A model generated the notes under the pieces. It did no database searches. It saw only the letters and a list, made by a program, of their open reading frames with translations, and was not told where the DNA came from. A stretch of DNA of 64,000 bases from Nemertoderma westbladi (taxonomy: Eukaryota; Animalia; Xenacoelomorpha): contig JAUCBJ010004780.1 of NCBI GenBank assembly GCA_032718475.1, positions 1 through 64,000 of the forward strand. Reading direction: 5' to 3'. Below, one piece after another: positions 24,401-36,589 of the stretch; position 1 is the stretch's first letter, and every line of letters starts with the position of its first letter. The translations under genes and the position numbers were made by a program.

Positions 24401-27400
24401 GGAGAGTAGTAACCACTGTAGGGGAGAGTAGTAACCACTGTAGGGGAGAGTAGTAACCACTGTAGGGGAGAGTAGTAACCACTGTAGGGGAGAGTAGTAA
24501 CCACTGTAGGGGAGAATAGGCTTGCCAAGTCAGTTTAATGCAAATGAGGTGAATCATTACTGATTTCTACAAAGGTCCATCAATATCTTATAATACAAGT
24601 CGTACGTTACAGGTAACCAAGGTCTATAATCTGCACAACCTGCACCAAGGGCGAACCGACAACCGACTAACTGGTCGTCGTTGCCTCGCCCGTCAATTTC
24701 CCGACAACGGAGTTCTCCACTACGCTTCCAGATCCTTCCTAACTGACGAGGTACGTCCGATAATCATCTACATAAGAATTGATAATGGACCTTGCAGTTT
24801 ATAATAATTTATCTACTACTGTACTAGTAGTGGACAACTACGACTGTTGTCTACTACTACTATACTGTACTTCCTTATGACAAGTCGATCGCTTACGCAA
24901 ATTATCCATCTTGGAGTCAGCTGGGAAAAACTTATTTGTTTCTCATGTAGGCCTACTGTAATAAATGTTAATAAATGAAGTTGTTTCCTACACTACATAC
25001 TTTATTTACTGTTTCACACTTTAATCACTAAATTGTTGAATATCTGATTACTTTATAACCTTCAACTTGATCACTTTATGTTACACTATTAGACACATTA
25101 TTTACTTTTAATAAATTATTGACAATATTTTGCGGTAATTTTCTTTCATTAGGAGTCGACGCGATCCCAACCGGTACTGAGTACAGTAATTGTTGGAACG
25201 TCGAATGGTGCCGTCTGTGTGGAACTCAGTTCCGATGCGGGATTCCAACCCCACGTCGTCACTATGAACGTGGGAGGGAGCATCTTATGGAATTGGAAGT
25301 CGCGGGCGTCTTCGGAAGAACATAACGTCATCCGAGTTGACACACCCCAGCCAGATGTTAGTCCCTTATAAATACTTAATATCTTAAAGATTTGAATGTA
25401 GTTAGAAACAGTTAACTGGTTGAATAAACTCGGTTGCGTGTGCTAAAGAAGGAGGTACCGGTACTTTAATTTTCTAAAACGTAATAAGGCCGTGATTTTC
25501 TTTTGAAATTTTAGGCCTGTCCATGTTCAAATAGACAAATCCAGGAAATTTTATAAAATGTACAGTATGTAATTTAGCTGAAACGCTATTTAGCTATCAA
25601 TGCTTTCAGAATGTTTAATAATGAGCAGAAACAGTATACAACAAATACAGTGCCGGATTAAGCCTCTGGTGGCCCTAAGGCACATTTTTGTAATTTCCAA
25701 AAATGGCCCGAAAATTGATATTTTTCCGCAAACCCTTGCAAAAGAAAAACCTGCTAAAAACAACTGAAATTGTGAAAATGTTGCGAAGGAAATATAAAGT
25801 ATTTTCGATGGATGGCTGACTGCGTGCAAATACTGTAACTACTAATTACTTTAATAATAAGTACTTTGCAAAAATAGTTTTCATCAAGAATTGTAACATT
25901 ACTAAACGGCATATTTTTCCTATAAAACCTTTGCTATAAAAAGTGTAATGATTTTGGTAGAATTTCTCAAGCTTTAATATTTTAATATATTAATGGGACC
26001 ATTACTGCATTACCCAAAATCTATTTGTTTTATTTATAAAGCTACTATTCTGATACTTTAACACAATGATCTGTGATCTTTTATATACTTTGAAAACTGA
26101 GCATAGATAGCTTCATAAACCGTTTGTTCGAAAAATATGGCACTTTTTGAGCAGGTCGGTTTTTTCAAAATTAGGTGCAAAAAAATTGTTACAAAATCGG
26201 CTCTAGAAGATCCAAATGGCCATGTTTTACAAAACCAACGAGAAGACGATAGTAGTCCTAAAAGCTGCTGAACATTTTGGTATATGTTTGATGGAAATTG
26301 AGTAAAAAATAAAATAGTAGAAGGGAATTTAGTGATGAAAAAAGTCAAAATCGACAAACTGATAAAAAGGTTGTTTTATACAGAGAGTCATAAATATCAG
26401 CAATATATTATGTTGTTGAAAAGAGCAGTTTTGAGGTCAAAAAATAATTCAATATTGAAAACCGATATCACCTTATGAAAGCCCTTCTATCAAAATACAA
26501 AAAAATTGTGCAAATTTTTGAAAATTTCATTTCTGTGGTGGTTAGAGTTGGCCCCCTTAAGGCTGACTAGGCTCCTGTAGGAATTTAGTAATTTTGATCG
26601 GATCGTGGGAATGTGTTATTTATGTTCTGTAGGGTAGGTTTTGCAGGGTACTTAAAATATCTTAACAGGACTTGCTGAGTAAAACACACCAAAAGTGTGG
26701 GCTTTGTGCAAAGATGTAATATTTCTGATCTAGATTTGGACTTGCTGAGAAAGAAATGTTGTCCGATAGAAAACATTCTCGGAAATAAGTACTTTTAGTC
26801 ACTAATTTTAATTTACCAAATTCAATTATGCTGCCCAATTATGCTTTTAGGTTTTGCAGGAATTGCACCTAAAAGGCCATCGAATGCAAAATTCAATACA
26901 CGAGGGCAGAACATCTGAATTTCGGTTAAATTAAATTACAGTAATGATAAGAAGTTATTTCTTTTTTTTATCAACAACTATTTTATCTACAATTAATTTA
27001 TCCTTTTTTTATCTATTAGGACCTATATGTATTTATAAAACTCGTTTCCGCTAAAAAAAATTAATTTCGCACTACCATATCTCCACGCCATACATTTACT
27101 ATGTACAATAAAAGGTATTAAAAAAAACCAAATATTACACATCCATGTTAGACAACCGCACCAGTTTCTTTGATGACCCGTTAAGCTATGCCATTCACGT
27201 ATCTCGAATCAACAATACCCCGGCTTGGAAACATATAAATACAATTATCGATAACAAAAGGAAGTCATATATCGTCGTGGACATAAAGAATCATAAACGG
27301 AAGTTAAGACAATCGACGAAAACAAAGTCTGCAACGTATGTTAACAAACACAACCCAGACCTATATGTGCATAACATCTATAAACTGAAACTAAGTTACG

Positions 27401-30400
27401 TCCCGGAACACCATCGGAAAGCAATGACACGATTTAGATTGTCATCACATAATCTACGTATTGAGACTGGGCGGTGGAGTAGAATACCTCATGTGCCCAT
27501 GTAATGGCGTAGACATCCAGGACGAACAACACATGTGCCCATGTAATGGCGTAGACATCCAGGACGAACAACACATGTGCCCATGTAATGGCGTAGACAT
27601 CCAGGACGAACAACACATGTGCCCATGTAATGGCGTAGACATCCAGGACGAACAACACATGTGCCCATGTAATGGCGTAGACATCCAGGACGAACAACAC
27701 ATGTGCCCATGTAATGGCGTAGACATCCAGGACGAACAATGCATGTTGACTAATTGCGAAAAGACAAAACATATACGGGACAGCTGCAGCAATATAGACC
27801 TATCACTTCCGGGTATTTACAACAAAGATTGTATTGTAGTAGCATTTAAAATTTTTCAGATTGCCATGGTTAAGAACTGATGTCATGCTTAAGGTTAATC
27901 TTAACTTGTCCTATTTATATTTATATTAATATTTACATACTTAATTTGAAATTGTTTGATAGGCTGATATTTGTATATGTTTTGGAGTTTGATATGGTGT
28001 ATTACGTTGTCAGTAATTTCGGTTAATATGGACAATTGTCAATAAACATTAGCCTACTACTACTAACAAGGACTTAGAATACATAGATTGGAATACATAG
28101 AATATATACTATGTTCTAGAAGTCCTTGCTACTAACTACAGTATTTCCAGTATATCACCACGTCATTATTTGGTTGTTCCAGAAAATGTAAGTACATAAC
28201 TACAAATAATTCCCCACAAATAAATAAAATTAAATTCATCATTGTCCATAATTAGCACTTTAATGTTTTACTGCCCATGTTTTATTATTTCCCTGCCATT
28301 AGGTCTCGAACTAATAACACAGCACCTATCGGTCGACTGAGCTAGAATTTTGCACTTTCTATCATAAATTTAGGGATAGAAAATAGTCGAAAGATGCACT
28401 TTCTTGCTCTGTTTCCGGACTTTTCAGATAAAAATATTTTTTTACAAGAATGACTCGCTGAGAAAAAATGGCCCGTATTTTCGGCTGGCCCTAAGGCACG
28501 TGCCTTACAGTACAGTATATGCCTTAAGGTTAATCCGGCACTGAACAAATACAGTATCAATACAGTATACAGAGAATAAAGTATAGTATACACAGAGAAT
28601 AATATTTTAAAATGGTGACCTATTGTTTATGTGGCTATAAAGACAAAACTTTCTTGAACCGAAAATTATCCGCCGTGGCTTTGCATGCATGTCGGTGTAT
28701 TCCTACTTTTTTGTGTTTTCAATTTCACGCAAATATTGTACGCTAACGTTCCAGATGAAGGAGCTAAACATCACCCAGGGACCGGGAGCATTTAATTCTG
28801 GACCCCCAGTAGCCAATAACAGCTTTATGTACACGTTCGCCGAACAGGGCCAATACTATATCGCCTCGCAAGGGGCGCCTGGTTTCATGAGCGTCGTATA
28901 CGTTATTGAAAGCGGTGAGTAACCGAGTAGGTACCGGTAGAAAGATATTAATATAATCTGTATTCTTTACTTAAAGTTGGTCTTACATTATTATTAAAAC
29001 GTTGGTATAATAAGTTTACAAGTTATCATTACGTTTTTTTATTTTGGTTAACTTAGCACAGTAATTGACTCTCACATGGGAACGAGCCTGTGACTTCCAC
29101 GTTGGAAGTCTGAAGTTCTAACCATTCCGATGGCAGAAGATTAAAAATGTTGATGTTCTATAAATTCCCCATATTGATGGGTTGTATAGTATTTCCGTAT
29201 TTTACGTCCTGCCAGCTAGTGGGGGCGCGGATGGGGGCGGGGGCGGTTGGGACCCTCTATCCAGTCAATATTGAAACGTACCGTCGTGGAGAAAATGCAC
29301 CTAAATATGTCATATAAGCAAAGTGTATTCAAAATTTACTGTTAAGTTTATTATTATCCAAACATATGGAACATTAACGGTGGGACACCATGACATTACA
29401 ACACCTTAAAACATTATTAATATTATTACTATTATTTATAGGGCGCGGTATACATAATGCTCCTAGGCGCGTTATTACATAAATGGTATATAAACCCTGT
29501 TGAAGGTACATTAAAACGTACTTAAAAATCTATAAATTAAAACCATGTAGGATAGGTCATATATATATACAATGAAAAAAGTAATCATCACTCATTTATT
29601 ATTTAGGTAGAAATATGTAACATGCCACTACAACCTTCTCCTCTTCCCTTAATTGATAATTAACAATGTTAATTCTTTAATGGCCCCTTGACTCCTAACA
29701 TTAATTACTAATTTTATGCAGCCACTATGCTCAATCATATTGTACTTTGGGTCGGAGTTACTATGCGAATTTGCTAAAGCCTTACCTTTACTCAATGGGA
29801 ATTTTGATATACTGTGCAAAATGAAACCACACCTTAATACTGATAATAATGATTTTATTTTTATAATATTTAAAACTTTCTGAATATCGCTTATTTTATA
29901 GTTTTCATAATAAATTATTCATTGTAAATAATTATTTATTCCCAGACGATAGAGTAGATACGCCAAGAATTAGCTCAGATAAAGCAGGTGGGATAGTAGA
30001 ACTGAATCATTGCGTCCGATTAGAATGCGACACAAAAGACGCAATCATATTGTATACAACGGACGGCACAATACCTGATTACAAGCCGGGGGTTAAGGTT
30101 AGTTACTTATTATTCCAAGGGAATTGGAAATATTATTATTTTCTCTTGCACTAACATTAGGTTAATTGTAATTTCACAACGTAGATAAAAATTAGCCCAT
30201 TAGTAAAATGAAGGCAAATGGACCATATGAAGTGAATATATATGAAGTGGTTTGGCTCCATATTATTTCTTCTTGGAAGATATGAAAAAAATTGGCAGGA
30301 GAGTAGTCTGAATTCTGTTACAATCAGAGAGTATCTGATTGCCTTGCTTATTGAACTCTATGAAGCTAGCCATGGAGCATTCTCAACCTGACTACTGGCG

Positions 30401-33400
30401 CAAAGCATCCACTGAGAGTGTCGCCTGCTGATACGCCATAGTGGGGACATTTCTGGTACTCCACTCTCCCTTACAGGAGACGCCCTCTAGATGGCGTTAT
30501 CTGGCTGCTGTCTCAGACCTTCCTCAGGGCAATGTGAGGGCACTGAGCCCTGTAAGTAGCCCCATAGCAAGCATTCCTGCCAACCCAATTATGTAATAGG
30601 GAAACATGCATATATATGTGAAACTTTTACATCAATCATGTTATGAGTAGCGCAAATAATTTATTGATTTTAATAAACTTTACAAATTTGTTTAATAATT
30701 TAACTTGAATTAGTTAATGAGAAAAGGATATTAGTAATTTCATTTGCAATAGTATTATTTCAGAAGTTATAATTTTTATTATAATACTAAAATATTTAAT
30801 TATCAATTCGTGTAAATTTATATAATTCCAATATAGGCCTACTGTATAAATAGGCCTACGCATAGGGCCTACATCAAGTAAATTCAATTTGAACTGGTTC
30901 ATATAGGGCCTAATATACTATTAATAAATGTATATTATAATATACCGGTATTTTATGCTTACAAAAAGACCTAATGAAACTTCAAAACCGAAAATTATGT
31001 TATTAAAAATGCGGCATTTATTCAGAATTTCAGATAATTTGCCAAAATTCTACCTTCTTCATAAAACGAACAACTGCAGCTGTAAATTCAAAACATCATC
31101 CACTACCTTGGTCTCCCCCACTCTGCCGCTAACGGTGCATCACAGATTGTTTTTGTCCAATATACCGTGTAACCAATCTTATTAAACTCGTCATTCGACT
31201 GCTCTCGGCCTCGACTTTCCCGACCTCTGTCACAACTCAACTCTTATGCCACTTTCTAGTTGGGTCTCCGGCAATCTGTATAATTATGATCACTGATTGT
31301 TAATTTTAGATTTATAAAGCTGATAAAGGATTCAGTCTTCGTCGATCGGGGTTCTGTATAGTTCGAGCGATGGCGTTCAAAGAAGGAGTTCTAAATTCTA
31401 ATGAGTTGATATCGAAGTAAGTCACAAAACGTCAATGTAAACTGAACATTAATGTAAGAGCCTTCGCGCAGCACCAAGTCCATATTAGCCTCATCGTAGC
31501 AAAAAATTAGTGGACCTAGCCACACCCCTTGGTGGCCGAAAGGGGAACTATATAAGTCTAAATTAGACTAAATTATAATCTTGTGATAGACTACATGTCT
31601 ACGACATAGTCATTTGGTTCCATTTCATCCGAGATTGACGTACTTATTAGAGTCCAAACATTTCCAACAATGACTACAGGCGAGGCGGTCCACTATTCTT
31701 CTTTCCTTCCCTTGGCCTTTATTTCCCCTTTCGACTCCTAGACCTACTCCCCCAGTTCCCTTTCACTCTTGCTTCCCTTTCACCTTTTCCAAATAAAATT
31801 ATACCGCTATGCACTGGCGTGGTTTCGTGGCTCCCACAATTTAAATGTAATATTCGGTAAAACCGACTGAAACATTGTTGTACTTAAGGATACCGACGGA
31901 GATGGTCTATTGATTGATTAATCACACACACAACATAAATTCTCTAGATTTAACCTTCCGCTTCAATCCTTCCTGCACTAACAGTATATTATGCTATGTA
32001 AAATCATAATCATAAATAAACATCTTATTTATTCAATTTGTAATGAGTTTGAACGGATACTGCGGTGTGTCGGGCTGATTTATTTATTTATGAACCACCA
32101 TATTATAAATACTATAAATCATTATGTATGTTCTTTTACCTTCATTGTAAGTATAATTTTAAAAATTTATTTTATACATTTACATTTCTTTAGGACAATA
32201 CCCACGAAGCTAAAAGCTGAAATCATTTTGTGTGAAGGTCGATATTGTTAACTTATTTTATGATTAGGAGATTTTTTATTATGGAAAATAAAGATCCATT
32301 GACGAGTAGCGGTGGCGAAGGAATACAATCTAATGACGAATCTACGGGAACAACCGTGGTTGGAGAGAACGGTGACGAAACGCGAGACGAAACGAGGGAC
32401 GAAACTAGCGACAAAACTAAGCCCCAAGACGAAACGAAACTGGTACGGAAACATTCGTCGCCGGCGAGACGGGAATCCCAGCCTATCGACGTTGGGTTAC
32501 TATGGAGACAAAACTGCAAACCAACAAATATACGAGCTTGGATAGCAGGGGATGGCTGTGTTAATGTTGCCTGGCAACAGTCCTCAGATAGAGAAGCATG
32601 CAAGTTGATTGGAAACTACCAGGTATGTTACCATATGGTGGGATACGGTGTAATCATAGATCTTGTCTACTAAGTCTACTTTAGGAATATAATAGTAGCG
32701 GGTGAGATGGGTAGCTGGCAGGTGGGTTACCATATGGTAGCTACAAGCTAGTGATCCGTTCCATTCACAACACTACCCCTTAATGCATATTAATGCAACT
32801 GCCCTTATCGGTTTCCACAAAACTAATGTATATTGTATCTCATTACTCTATGGGATAATTCATTGCGTACTGCAGAAATCCAAGGAGGATCCCTCCTTAC
32901 CAACACAGCATGCGATAGAACAATTATTTTATTGAGAAGGAAAGAAACTTCAATATCATTGAACTATCATAGCTGATGTTAACCTTCGACTCACGGTAAT
33001 CTATAATAATTACACTTCCTGTGTCAGGATACTTGTTCTCAGGAAAATAAGAGACAAGCTACGATAATAAGTAAAGTGGATGATGATTGATAATAATATA
33101 TGACGGATATTATGATCTAACGTCATATTATGACGTTAGCACTTTAGCAGTATGTTAGCATACAGTCGTTAGTTAGGCCTGAACTTATAGTCTAGTACCA
33201 TTCATACACAAAGTAATATGGTGGTACGTACTGTACATATTTTCATTCCAAGGTCTACATTGAAGGGATAACTTACACAGACCCACTTCCACCATCCATT
33301 ACATCGGTTCAACTGTCTGGCTTCGAAGGGGGCAAGTCTTACAACGTGCAGGTGGCGGCGTTACATCACGAAAACTTTCTACCTCCAGTATTCTCAGATA

Positions 33401-33405
33401 ATGTG
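21446..33405 (+). CDS. Partial multi-exon gene: three cupredoxin-fold repeats, a CHB_HEX_C/Fn3-associated domain, an acidic linker and an FN3 domain (554 codons visible)
   Basis: Exons 21446-21672, 22056-22221, 24613-24750, 25153-25356, 28755-28914, 29946-30097, 31310-31416, 32268-32622 and 33253-33405. All eight junctions are phase-compatible and stop-free (seven GT-AG, one GC-AG). Motifs: GFEPRIVTVRQGDNVYWQW, FNSGPP..FMYTFAEQGQYY, IILYTTDGTIP..VRAMAFKEG..S, VNVAW..YQVY..GKSYNVQVAA. Start and stop exons were not identified. Confidence 0.88.
22237..24515. repeat. 22-bp satellite (GGGGAGAGTAGTAACCACTGTA), ~103 copies, intronic
   Basis: Directly visible; variant monomers recur with a 572-bp (26-mer) period. 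Confidence 0.98.
25990..26560. mobile_element. Possible Kolobok-like non-autonomous element
   Basis: Bounded by TTAA on both sides, with weak GGG..CCC inverted ends. Confidence 0.35.
27130..28066 (+). mobile_element. 5'-truncated LINE 3' end (RTEX-like) with C-terminal zinc knuckle
   Basis: MTRFRLSSHNLRIETGRWSRIP..CPC..IQDEQH..C; AATAAA followed by a (CTA)n tail at ~28040-28066. Confidence 0.8.
27490..27739. repeat. 42-bp tandem repeat, 6 copies, inside the LINE
   Basis: Unit CATGTGCCCATGTAATGGCGTAGACATCCAGGACGAACAACA. Confidence 0.95.
28067..28128. mobile_element. 62-bp P-element-type remnant/footprint
   Basis: CAAGGACTT...AAGTCCTTG termini with a 7-bp TSD CTACTAA (28060-28066 and 28129-28135). 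Confidence 0.65.
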
Positions 33406-34349
33406 GTAAGTTGAGCTCTTTAAATATGATTATTTGAAGATATTTTATTATCTAATGGGAATGATATACAGTTATAATAATTACCAAAATCTAACAGACT
33501 AACAATAAATGACCACTTAATTAACCTATAAATTACAATAAACATTTCGTTTATATTATAAATAAATTACGTGTAACAATATTAATGTAGTACCATACCC
33601 TACATTACCCAAGCACATTTACTATTTAATGTTATAATATTAACCAAACAACATCTACAACAAACAAATTAGCACTCAATATGTGCATTCAATATGCACT
33701 ATGTGATTTACATACGTACATAGGGTATACGAAATCTAACAGGCAAGAGTGCAGATAAGCATTGCACCTCAAAAATATATGTCGTATTTAAATAAATGTT
33801 TACCATATTAGTGAAGAAGGAATGTACCAAAAATTAAATGAGTTTAACAAACAATAATCTATTCATGCATAGCTAATTGAACTAATTGTTTATTAATGCC
33901 TGCCTACCTATAAACTAAGTTAATAGCAAACACTTGCAGCAAATAATAAACATATCGTATAGGATATACTAAACGTTCATCGCATACAATACTTAACTCA
34001 CACATGCGCGCATGCATACCCACCCATAATACTTAACTCAATTACTATATAATACTGCCAATGTTACTGAGTAAATTACAATAATGTAAACAACCACAAC
34101 CTAAAAATGAATGTAACAAAAAAAACAAGTAACTACACAAAACTAATCTGACAAAATTTACAATAACATCGAATCTTTTATAAAGTTTTCTGGATTGACG
34201 ATTTGTATATTCGGACAAACATAATCAATAATCAAATAACTATAAATCGGTTAAACAGACCAATAAAAGGTCGATAATATAAATTAATGAAATAATGGAT
34301 ATCATTGAAAGACATACAATGATTGTGTCATAATTAATAAGAAATACTC

Positions 34350-36346
34350 TTAGTGTCTCGGATAGAATTCATCTAGTGTGCTCGCCGGAATTCTCTTCAA
34401 CATCTCCTTCGGGAAGATTCGCAAGAGTTGCCAACCGATATCGAGTGAGTCGAAAACCGTGCGATTCTCGTAGGCGCCCTGGGAGATAAAAGTCTTCTCG
34501 AATTTATCGAGAAACTCGAGGTAGAGAAGGTCGTCCGAGGACAGCGCCTCTTCTCCGACAACCGCCTTCATTGCCTGCACGTCCTTCCCGATCGCGTAGT
34601 TAGCGTACAACTGATTGGAGACATCCCCGTGGTCCCGACGGGTCATCCCCTCCCCGATCGCGCTCTTCATCAACCTAGACAACGAGGGGAGCACGTTGAT
34701 AGGCGGGAAGATCTGCCGGTTGTGCAGCTGTCTGTCCACGTAGATCTGGCCCTCGGTGATGTACCCGGTGAGATCGGGGATCGGGTGGGTGATGTCGTCG
34801 TTGGGCATCGTGAGGATGGGTATCTGCGTGATGGATCCGCTGCGACCCTCGACCCGACCCGCGCGCTCGTAGATGGTCGCCAGATCGGTGTACATGTACC
34901 CCGGGAACCCACGTCGACCGGGGACCTCCTCTCGCGCCGCCGAGACCTCCCGCAAGGCCTCCGCGTAGGAACTCATGTCGGTTAGGATAACCAGGACGTG
35001 TTTCTCGCATTGGTACGCGAGGAATTCAGCGGTAGTCAACGCCAAACGCGGCGTGATGATTCTCTCTATGGTGGGATCGTTGGCGAGGTTGAGGAAGAGA
35101 CAGACGTTCTCCATGGAGCCGTGCTCCTCGAAGTCCTGCTTGAAGTACCTCGCGGTCTCCATGTTGGCGCCCATGGCGGCGAACACGATGGCGAAGTTGT
35201 CGTCCTCGTCGCGTTCCATCCCCTGCCGTCGGACCAACCCCGCCTGTCGGCAGATCTGGGCCGCGATCTCGCTGTGCGGGAGACCCGCCGAGGAGAATAT
35301 CGGTATCTTCTGCCCGCGAGCGATGCTGCAACGGAACGGGTGGGTTAGTTGGCTTACTGGATATATCGTACAACGCGGATTGTATATATATTTTTTATCA
35401 TATTTACAATTGTGACATAACTGTAGTCCTGTAAACCGCATAAAACTTGAACTTGTGAGAGAAAAAACCTCATTCAGCGCAACATTATAGATACGGAATA
35501 AATAGTTAGTATTTCAGTTTCTGTCCCATTCAGGAGCAAAATATTGAAACAGATCTGTATGGGTTGTAGTTATTGGTAGGCCTACCTATGCACGGATTTT
35601 GCGAATATATCGTCAATATTGTAATCCCCTACAACACTAGACTTGTTGCAAACAGGAATATGATGCAAAAAACCGATCCAGTTAAAATCGACGAATGATG
35701 TTTTGTAATATAGGTAAGGGGAAGACTGGGTCCCGGTCTGGGTCCCGGTGGTAGACTAAATAAGCAAGCAAGCAATATCATAGCGGTACGGTATTGACGA
35801 GTTATACGACGAGCTAAAAATATCTCACCTGTTCATTGTGTCTATGGCGGATATTCCCGTCTGTATCATTTCCTCCGGGTAGGTCCGACAATAGGGATTG
35901 ATTGGCTGTCCCTGTATGTCGAGGTAATCCTCGGCTAAGATCGCGGGCCCCTTATCGATGGGTTTACCGGAGCCGTTAAACACCCGTCCCAACATATCCT
36001 CGGAGACCGGTGCGTGCAGAATGTCCCCAGTAAACTCGCACAACGTATTCTTCGCGTCGATCCCCGATGTTCCCTCGAACACCTGGACTACTGCTTTGCT
36101 TCCCGACACTTCGAGGACCTGTCCGCTGCGACGGGAGCCATCAGCCAACGTTAGCGTTACAATCTCCGCAAACTTTGGGAATTTAACGTCGTCTAGGATT
36201 ACCAGAGGTCCGTTAACTCCAGTTACCGTCCGGTACGTCAGTCGTGGTTGCGATTCGTAGTTTCGGTTCGCCGCTCGTGCATTCTCCCGCTGCATCTGTC
36301 GCTCGTTGAAATTCATTAAATCTTTATTCGGACCCATTTTAGCCAT
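34350..36346 (-). CDS. ATP6V1B: V-type proton ATPase subunit B, 497 aa, two coding exons
   Basis: Exon 36346-35829, GT-AG intron 35828-35326 (phase 2, within the Ser codon of MNSIARGQK, ACTAAC branch point), exon 35325-34350. [40 protein letters not shown] and [14 protein letters not shown] are present. A likely 5'-UTR intron lies at 36525-36412. Confidence 0.98.
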
Positions 36347-36589
36347 AAAAGTATTGAAGATGAGTTACAGAATATAAATTTTTGTTGAGTTGTTGGTGGC
36401 AGAATGGAATACTGTACAGGAATAAGAAAAACAATCTACAGACATATGAGCAAATTACTATCACACTACTGCACTACTGTATGACAGGACAGTACAAAAC
36501 GGAGAACTACAGTAGGCCTACTTACTGAACTCTAGAACTAGGCTATTTTGTATGCCGGTACGACCTATTCTGCTATTGTTATATTCTGC

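Larger units (their letters stand above)
25648..28543. mobile_element. Non-autonomous hAT element carrying nested insertions, intronic
   Basis: TIRs CAGTGCCGGATTAA / TTAATCCGGCACTG; 8-bp TSD AACAAATA at 25640-25647 and 28544-28551. Confidence 0.9.

Noticed and set aside
22119-24557. Long minus-strand ORFs (up to 567 aa) of repeating YSGYYSPLQWLLLSPTVVTTLP
   Set aside because: Artefact of a stop-free 22-bp satellite strand; it occurs in all three frames and lies in an intron of a plus-strand gene.
34629-35415. Overlapping and antisense ORFs on V-ATPase B, syntaxin, eIF3k, NOP16 and the four-TM genes
   Set aside because: Shadow ORFs caused by GC-rich codon usage; no recognisable motifs.
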